From Iphione sp. A-MEVVRFRX5 (taxonomy: Eukaryota), in NCBI GenBank assembly GCA_976226885.1, contig OZ320314.1, positions 34,286,001 through 34,350,000 on the forward strand: DNA of 64,000 bases, read 5' to 3'. Shown one piece after another: positions 56,137 through 64,000 of the stretch. The number at the start of each line of letters is the position of its first letter. The stretch's first letter is position 1. The translations under genes and the position numbers were made by a program. The notes beneath the pieces are model-generated. The model ran no database searches. It saw nothing but the letters and a program-made list of their open reading frames with translations, and was not told the DNA's origin.

Positions 56137-59100
56137 CATATTGCCTTCTTTTTGTAATGCAAAATACTTCGCAGATGAAGTACAGAACACACAGAAAGTT
56201 GCCTTTTTTATTGTCTATGTGATAAAGACACTCTACAATGCTTACCGCCCATTTCCGACGTCAACGGCGATGATCAGCAATGCTGGGTTCACGGCTGGAG
56301 ATCGTAACGTCAGCAATTCACACTAGAGGGCGGGTCCGGCCTGTCTTAAACTTGTCCATAGACGGAACACCTCATCCTTGAAGGAAGGGCCCACCTTTAA
56401 ATAGATATAGAAAGCGAACTTAATGGTGCGCTTTGCTATGAGAGCTACCCTGTAAAGGGAGTTAATGTTCGTGTTTAAAAAAACGGATCAAGGGCAATAG
56501 ACCAGGAGATGTCTGGCCTCTTTGCGTTAGCTGATGTTTTCAATAGGTGCGGGCCCAGTTCTACCACTAGCTATGTAATCTGAATGTACTAGTTGTATGC
56601 CGTAGTATCTGCTTCTGGGAGGCATTGATCATGTGGTGGTCCGTACTCGCAACCTTTTGTTTCATGTAATTATGTTACGGTGAAACATTAGCTCTGCTGG
56701 GCAGTAAATTGTAGGCTTCCCTGCAAGCATTTCCAAGATGTTCGCAAATTATTCCCGGGCCATAATGAATGGGATAATTAGTTGGCTGATCTCCGAAGAA
56801 AAGTGGACAGCAGTAGTTTCTGAGACACAATTAGTTTTAAAGGAAAAGTAGGGTTCGGTCGTCGTGGCCAGATGGATAGTTTGTAATTAGGGCGTTCAAG
56901 GAAAGCATTTATTTGCGTGGACGGTGGGTGCCAAGCATAAATAGCAGAGAGAGGCTGCCTGAGCTTGGCGTGCTTCAGACCAACCTCTGATGCCACGAAC
57001 GCCAGTCAAACAGAGTGATCTAACTTAATTAAAGGGATTTAAGTGACTTTTAACCGGTCGTGAGAATCACACAAGTCAATATTGCTTGGCACTACTACTG
57101 AACGTATTCCTTTTTGTGCAGTCCCCAGTCGGGATAGTAACTACCATCGTGTCCAGTATCGCACTCATCAATTGCAGCCATTCTAGCTGACTGTTAGTGG
57201 GTAAATGATGGGAGAATCTGGCCTCAGTAAATTTAAAGTAGTCTGCTCATTTGCATCGGCGCAATCTCCAAGCGCTGGGTAAACTAAAAAGTCTTTTTCG
57301 AAAAAAAATTGTCGTTTTGGAAATTGTCCTGGGAGTCAGAGACACATACATGTACGATGAATATAATGCACATATACATGTACAGGCCGTTATCGTATAG
57401 AGGGAGCAACAAGATCCATTACAAAACTAAAAGCAAACGCAGTGCGTCTCTGGACATGCTCCTAGTACATGTGGTGAACGTTGGAGTCTTAAGCATGAGA
57501 CTCTTCGTTAGGCAAGCGGTAGTTGTATCATCTATCAACGACGTCGTGTTTTGTCCTCTGGGTCGTGCATAGAAAGGGCATGCATTTATCTACCGTCCCA
57601 TTAACACATTTCCTATTTGCTATGGATCAGTGAAATATTGACTCAGATCCTCGATAAAAAAGGACAAATTTGCATTTTAATTCAACACAGAAATCCATTT
57701 AGGACAAAAATGTTGATGAAACCGCGCTTGATTCGTCTGAGCAGTGAGCAGTGACTGACGACAGAGGGGGCCGAGTCGTTTCTAGGTAACAGAAGGATCT
57801 AAGCGGAGCGCTTTGTCCTAATCACTGATGGCATGTGACAATCGCGGCTGACCCATGGTCGAGCTTGTGCTTATCCAATAGGGGAGGGTTACAATCCACT
57901 CGCTCCCCTTCGTGTTACTGTCTACGGTTTGTTGACTCTCCGTTTCGTTTTTTGGCTGATGTTTTCCCTTACGTACATATACACGGGTGAAGTTCGGTTG
58001 GCAGTTTTACCACACGCACATGCCCTGTAGGGTGCCATTGTTCCTGTATTGGTTGAATACTAAAAGGACATCAGAGAGCGGGTGTTGTAAAATAAACCCA
58101 CATCAAATACAATCGGAGAGTCTGGCTAGCTGCTCATAAATCTAACCTGATTCAGTCAACCTTAATGTTTATGGGTCTGGTGAGCATGCGACCGACTGCC
58201 CTGTCAACAGGAGATACCTTATAAATCATTCATGTCATTGACACGCCACAATAAATACGATCAATTTGTCACCACTTACATTACCACCCAGTGAGGCCCC
58301 CACTTCAGCCAGACACTGTTAAATCATTGGCTAATGTCGACTTGAATTCAGTACAAACCCTTTCTACTTAGAAACTAACACCTCATCTCTATATATTGTC
58401 AGGATCTAGACATTGGTCCCTTTTTGCGGCATACCTTTTGAAAGGGTGTATAGGGAAATAATCATGTACATTGAATCCAGCTAGCGAACTGTTTTAATCG
58501 AGAAGAGACCTCTACAATAGATTAGAATACATGCATAAACTTCAACCATCTCTCTAACATAGGAATAACACCGACAAATAAACTGAACAATGATTCGTTG
58601 AATTTTCTTAATTTTCAACATTCTCTTTTAGTCATTGAAGGGAAATAGCATCCTTAAAATATCATCGCTGACCTATTGGAAGATACTGATTATCTGCCTA
58701 TAAAATGTAGTTGTGTTCGGCATGAGAAATGAATAAAAACTTGGCCATTTGAAATCAAAGTAAATAATTCTCTTTCAAATTGCCTTTACCGATCATTCAA
58801 CACTTGAGGAGGCCCTTCGGACAAAACCCTTTTTTAATGATCTCCCTTTCTCTTTGCACGCCTCACTCTCCCGCCCACTTAACTCCTTCGTAACTTCCGA
58901 CCTCTCGTTCTTTTTCTTCGTAATTCGGGCAGGGACTATGGGGTGATGGAAAAGATGTGTGATCAGGATAAGAATCTCATAAGATTATTGATAGGAGTGA
59001 GTACATGTGTATGTATATATGTACATGTGTATGTAAATGGATGTATCTGTGTAAGTGAGAGGCATATTTGCATACACTTGGCAACGGGTTATAGTTTGGT

Positions 59101-59199
59101 GCTTATCAGTTGGATGTTAACAACCTCTCATATAAAATCATATGAAAACATTCTCGGAAACTCTAAAGCTTGAATTTTATCCTTTCGTAAGCTAACAAA

Positions 59200-59500
59200 A
59201 CTATAGTTGGAAATACAGTTGAATAAGAACAATTCTAGAACAACCTTCCTCTCATTAAACCCGACCAAGTATAAAAAATAATGGACTTCAGATTCCAAGA
59301 ATCCAGTGATGGGCAGGGTGTTGGTACACTCCCTCTACCCACACTTTGAGCAAGATGTATCCCGCTTTCTAACCTTGTAAGACCTTCCTCGTATCCTCGT
59401 GACAATTTACTATATAATACAAATATACCTTCATGACAATGAACCCTTCCAAGCATACCTTGCCCAATATGCTGCCTACCCAAGATACAAACATACAAAA
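59200..59500 (-). pseudogene. Possible decayed ankyrin-repeat-like fragments
   Basis: Minus-strand fragments in different frames: AAYWARYAWKGSLS, KAGYILLKVWVEG, NLKSIIFYTW and EEGCSR. Confidence 0.25.
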
Positions 59501-60034
59501 ATAATGTATGGGAGGTACATATTACATGCTATAAACATGTGTTATGTCTCTAACATGAAGACATACAATACATAATATATATTATTCATGTGAGACACAT
59601 GATGGAAAATTATATAATTTTTTATTTTATTTTCATTGTATCCTTAGCCAGGAACTAGATATTCAGCTATCATTTAAGCTGTCCTTCCACATCCTCCTGG
59701 GGATAGCACACCACAATCTATTATTGAGAATTGTGAAACCAGAGTACCCAGGGTCACCCCCTATTCTTATTGCAAATAGGTTTCTGAGATCCTTTTATGT
59801 ATAGGGAACAGAACCTTATACACCCACAGCCTTTGTTCCAAGTTGTGGACCACTGTCAGTTGGGGCTTCAGTTAATATATCTGGTCATTATCAAGAGTCC
59901 CATGCCCCAGATTGAAGCTGCAACTTCTCAATCATATGGACCAAGGCTACAGCAGAGTCTATACCATTCTATACCATATCTCAACCACAAGCAAAGTGCA
60001 GGAGGACCACCATCACCAATTAGCAGATGAGGCT

Positions 60035-60084
60035 CCTCTACCAGTACAAAACTGTCTTTCCTCTACCAGTACAAAACCGTCTTT
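60035..60084. repeat. 25-bp tandem duplication
   Basis: CCTCTACCAGTACAAAACTGTCTTT followed by CCTCTACCAGTACAAAACCGTCTTT; the single difference is CTG versus CCG. Confidence 0.9.
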
Positions 60085-60120
60085 CTGAATGGAGTCATTG
60101 GTCACGTTGTTCTTCTTTTT

Positions 60121-61511
60121 GAATTTTCTCTTGGGAAATCCACCCTGACAGATATATTCAAGAAGAGGAACCACTGGCTGTCTCTACCTTAGGAGGCACG
60201 TTTTGAAAGCAAGGTGTCCCCAGCAAGGTGACCTCGAGAAAGCTCTCTTTTTATGGTTCAATGAGATAAGGGGGAGAGGTGCAGTACTGACAGATGAGAT
60301 GCTGATAGAGAAGTCCCACATCTTTTGGGAAGATCTACGGATGGAGAACTTCTGTTACAACAAGGGATGGATCTAATGCATAAAGGAGAGGAATTCCACT
60401 AAGGTGCACAAGACTCATGGAGAACCTGCATCTGACTCTGTGCATGATAGAACAGAAGGGAGACTAGAGATCAAGACACTCCTTGGAGGATATGATCCTG
60501 ATGACATTTACAGCATAGATGAATCAGGACTATTCTTCAGTCTCAAGCTAGGCCCTACACCCTCCACAGGGCTGGTGAAGGGTGAGAAGAGAGGCAAGGA
60601 CAGGCTGACAGTTGTCTTAAGCTGCAATGCCACAGGGACAGACAAGATCAGGCCCTTTGTGATAGGCAAGTGAGCAAGGCCTAGATGCTTTGGAAGGGAC
60701 TTTGACCCTTCCATGTATGTGATGTACTGGAACAACAGCAAAGCCTGGATAGCTTCAACCCTGTGGGAAGGACTCTAGAAGAAGCTGGATGCCAGAGCAA
60801 GGGGACAGAAGAGAAGATATGTCCTCCTCCATGACATTGCTGCCAGTCACAAGGCCAACCAGAAGTACAGATGTCTGAAGATCATCTTCTTGCCTCCCAA
60901 CACCACCAGCCATCTCCAGCCATTGTATGGAGGGATCATAGCCTCCTTCAAGGGACATTACAGGAGAAAAATGGTCACTTCCTGATCTGTGTTGAGTCAA
61001 GGAAGCCCTAAACTATGTTAGTAGAGCCATCCTGATGAGGAGTCAGGAGTCAGTGTAACACCACTGCCAGATGCTGGAACCATGTCGACATCTTACCTGC
61101 CACCAGTTGAACTACAGATGAAGAGGAAGAAGAGGATGACATCCTACTCTTGGAACTAAAGACATTACTTCAGGATCTTCAGGCCAAGGAAGGAGAAGAC
61201 ACAGGAACAGCAGATGACTATGTGCCCTGTGAGGACCCTACATAGAGGAGCTGGGTGATCAGAGCATTATTCAGCTGGTGGACAAGAGAAAGTGAGAAGA
61301 GGAAGAAGAGAAGGAAGAGGAGTAGCATCAACCTGTGGCTATCAAGCAGGTCAGACAGGGCCTGTACTGGGCACTGTCCTTCTAGGAGGATAAAGTGAAT
61401 ACATGTACATAGATTGTCTCTTCTCTTCATGCCATCCTTTAGAAGACAGAAATAGCAACAATGAATAAGTGAAAGCAGAAGACCATTGCAAACGTCTTCA
61501 GAAGACCCTAG
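60121..61511 (+). mobile_element. Inactivated pogo/Tigger-family (CENP-B-like, DDE-1) transposase pseudogene
   Basis: HTH-psq-like EFSLGKSTLTDIFKKR, then Tc5-type HTH DLEKALFLWFNEIRGRGAVLTDEMLIEK...KGW. The DDE domain reads YDPDDIYSIDESGLF...KDRLTVVLSCNATGTDKIRPFVIGK*ARPRCF...NSKAW...LLHDIAASH...FLPPNTTSHLQPLYGGIIASFKGHYRR. It continues with RCWNHVDIL, an acidic region and C-terminal KQKTIANVF. Several stops and frameshifts; the third catalytic Asp (QPLD) reads Tyr. Confidence 0.95.
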
Positions 61512-61720
61512 GCATAGATTGTTTGGTTTGCAATTCTTTCCCTATTTCATAATGATTCTCATAAATATAATATTAACAACTTCTCCTGAAGAAGGGCTAA
61601 TTGAAGTCCCGAAACATTGAGAATTGTAACTCATCAGAAATAAAAGGCAAAATAATTCACCACGGCAATGTCATTGGGTTTTGATTTGCTATTCACATAT
61701 TAGAATATACCTGTAATATT

Positions 61721-61950
61721 TTGTTTCCCATTTTATAGGTGTCAAATGAATGCAAAGGATATTGCTAGATATGTAGTATTAGGAGTTTATAATTTTTCTT
61801 TCTAACTTAATGTGTTCCCCATTTTATAGGTATCAAATGAATCCAGAGGATATTGCTACATGTATGGTATTTGGAGTTTATAATTGTTCTCATTAATATA
61901 TTTTCCTATTTTATAGGTGTCAAATGAATGCAGACGATATTGCTGGATAA
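61721..61950 (+). repeat. Three diverged ~87-91 bp tandem units, each with a TTTTATAG|GT..CAAATGAAT core
   Basis: Units start at ~61727, 61818 and 61905, each reading (C)C(C/T)ATTTTATAGGT(G/A)TCAAATGAAT(G/C)CA..(G)GATATTGCT... Confidence 0.85.
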
Positions 61951-61979
61951 CTACTCAGTGAGGAGGTAAAGTCAGTCTG

Positions 61980-62297
61980 AGAGTGGCCTTAGGCGACAAC
62001 CCACCCTTGGTTTGCAGAGTGGCCTTAGGCCAGAAGTTGAAATCCGAAATATCCGAAATCCGAACAAAATTGGCCTAAACAGTGATCATTCAGATTTGGT
62101 GAACGTAGGGTATATTTTAGTGGGGCAAAGGTTTTGAAGGAATATTTTAGCAGGGGTATATATTTGCAGGTTAATGGTTTTGCTGGATACAGAATTGCAT
62201 GAGGTATTGTTTCGTAGGAGGAATATTTTTTTAACGCTATACACCATCTGGCAATCCTTACACCACAAGTCATGCTGGTTACAATCTGGCAACACTC
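61980..62297. mobile_element. Possible decayed MITE-like element
   Basis: 15-bp direct repeat AGAGTGGCCTTAGGC at ~61980 and ~62016; clustered ATCCGAA subterminal-type repeats at 62042-62064; TCTGGCAACACT terminus-like motif at ~62285-62296. Confidence 0.25.
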
Positions 62298-63469
62298 AAT
62301 AAATTCACATATCTAAGACTATGAATTATATACCACTCCTGGAAGGAATTCTGAAGTACAGCTAATTGGGCTCTTGATAAAGATCAAATCTTGTCGGTAT
62401 TACCAGAAAAAGACCGAAAATTCATGCTGCTAAGGCATTCACCGCTGGCTCCCACTGGGATCGAACCATTTTCAAATTAACCATAACGACTGTTTTGTTA
62501 TTCAAAACTGATGTGGTTATTCCTGTTTCTTTCAGTTAATACGATCTGCGTACCTCAGCGACGCGGGCGTTGGGAGTGCCGGTTCTGAGTTGATTATGTC
62601 TGATGAGCCACACCATCATGCGATCTGTCCCCTCGTGCAAATTATAAATGCATGGTGTGTGATCTCACGCCACCGATGTTTCAACCTCGCACAGACATTC
62701 TACTAAACCGTGCTTGTATGCATAATGGCCATCCAAGCGTTTTCCTCTCGTCGCCGCGCGCCCGTCTCGCTCATCCCCCATCCGGAACCTTTCCTCACCT
62801 ATGAAATATGCAGGAGCGCACAGGTGCTCGCACACTGGCGCCCCTGTCTCATGACAATCCTCCTCTCCTAATTAGGTGCGCGGTATTTGTTGACTAATTG
62901 CTTTGTTTCTTCATCTGTACCCGGTCCGCTCCGTTCGTTTGTTCAGATGGACGCGGGTGCTGATCGCCACGTGTTATCTTGCGTCGTGTGGCATTTGCTT
63001 AATTGCCTTGGTATCCCAGTCAAAGGCTCCCACGCCTTGCCGGCACAGTGGTCCCGGGCCCTTGAGAGAGTTCGCCGGGCTCGCCTTCGTGTCCTCAGTC
63101 TCATACGGGACGCTAATCGTTGCTGGCAGCGTCGTGTATCTGTAATTCCTGTTTGTCCAATCGTATATTCGCTGATTCACCGTAGAATATGCCACACGGC
63201 CTGAAACTAAAGTTTACTGCCGTATATATATATAGACGAAATACGTCGTCTCTGGTAGATGCATCCATTGCAGGATTCCTTTACATTTGCGTTTCAAGAG
63301 CGCGCACGGTTTTGTGCCTAATTGTAGTCCAGAGAGAAATACGGAGGATAATTAGGAAGATCTTATAATACCAGCTCGCAATTTATTGCCAGAGTGTTTG
63401 TTAATATTAAATTTCTGCTGCTTCCACGCATACGCCAAATAGCGCGAATGTGGCAGTAGGTCATAATCG

Positions 63470-63889
63470 CTAATCGAAACCGAAGAACAAAAACGTTGCT
63501 AAGGTTTCCCGGTGAATATAGTGGCTGAGGCAATTAAGTTCGACCGTGAACTTTTTTGCTCTTTCGGTGGCTAAGAATCGCTTTCTATGATAAATGACTC
63601 TTTCATTAATGCGAAACCAGACTTCTTTCGGCTCGCTGTAATTAGGGTCTCGAGGAAAATTCGTGTGGTTTGTCAGAAGGCCATTAAAATCATTTAGATA
63701 AAGCTCTAGCTTTGAACGGATATTGTAGGAGGGCAAAATAAATACAATTTTTCGAGAGTTCATTAATAAGAACTGGTCGTAGGGGCAAAAAATACAAAAT
63801 AGATTCTCCTTTGAACCACTAAAAACATAATGATTTCTGAGGTCACCTTTCGCAACAAATCCATAGAGAAGTACATTTAGGACTAAGAG
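63470..63889 (-). CDS. 139-aa open frame (terminal exon or intronless relic) of unknown function
   Basis: ORF 63470-63763 extends 42 codons upstream without a stop (VLLYGFVAKGDLRNHYVFSGSKENLFCIFCPYDQF...). This is long for AT-rich DNA; no motif recognised. Confidence 0.35.
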   Translation of the reverse strand, partial: LLVLNVLLYGFVAKGDLRNHYVFSGSKENLFCIFCPYDQFLLMNSRKIVFILPSYNIRSKLELYLNDFNGLLTNHTNFPRDPNYSEPKEVWFRINERVIYHRKRFLATERAKKFTVELNCLSHYIHRETLATFLFFGFD

Positions 63890-64000
63890 TCAAACCATAA
63901 GGGACTTTGTTTAAAAAGAAACACGGTCTTGTGAATTTAGCGATGGAATTTGGCAGTTTATCAAAGTATTAAAACGGTTTTGATTACACCGCAGCATACA

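Noticed and set aside
62446-62468. tRNA T-arm/B-box-like GGTTCGATCCCAGTGGGAGC on the minus strand
   Set aside because: No matching 5' acceptor half, D-arm or anticodon arm upstream; at most a tRNA/SINE fragment.
379-63204. Most 60-150 aa ORFs in the supplied track, especially overlapping ones in GC-rich islands
   Set aside because: No recognisable domains; multiple overlapping open frames are expected by chance at high GC or as antisense shadows.
1-64000. CRISPR arrays, rRNA genes, prokaryotic operons
   Set aside because: No regularly spaced repeat-spacer array, no rRNA-like sequence, and coding density far too low for a prokaryote.

Overview
This is eukaryotic-looking nuclear DNA that is gene-poor and heavily eroded. 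I could not assemble any intact host gene with confidence, and I found no rRNA, complete tRNA or CRISPR array. AT-rich, CpG-poor stretches alternate with short GC/CpG-rich islands. Two elements are solidly identified. One is a decayed CR1/L2-type LINE reverse transcriptase (~14.5-15.7 kb, minus strand). The other is a near full-length but inactivated pogo/Tigger (CENP-B-like DDE-1) transposase (~60.1-61.5 kb, plus strand) with almost no CpG. Also present are a solo TA-flanked Tc1/mariner-pogo-like element end (~5.0-5.4 kb), microsatellites and a 3x ~90 bp tandem repeat carrying splice-site-like signals (61.7-61.9 kb). The most interesting pattern is tentative and was read by eye. Much of the apparently intergenic AT-rich DNA translates into short frameshifted fragments resembling the ankyrin-repeat type common in giant viruses (AAxxGHLxxLxW...GCPW). 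A cluster of co-oriented, intronless, Lys-rich relic ORFs at 50.5-54.3 kb lies next to a PolA-like fragment at 48.5 kb. Together these could be an old, methylation-eroded endogenous viral region later colonised by transposons. This is a hypothesis; no database search was run and the organism cannot be identified from this window.
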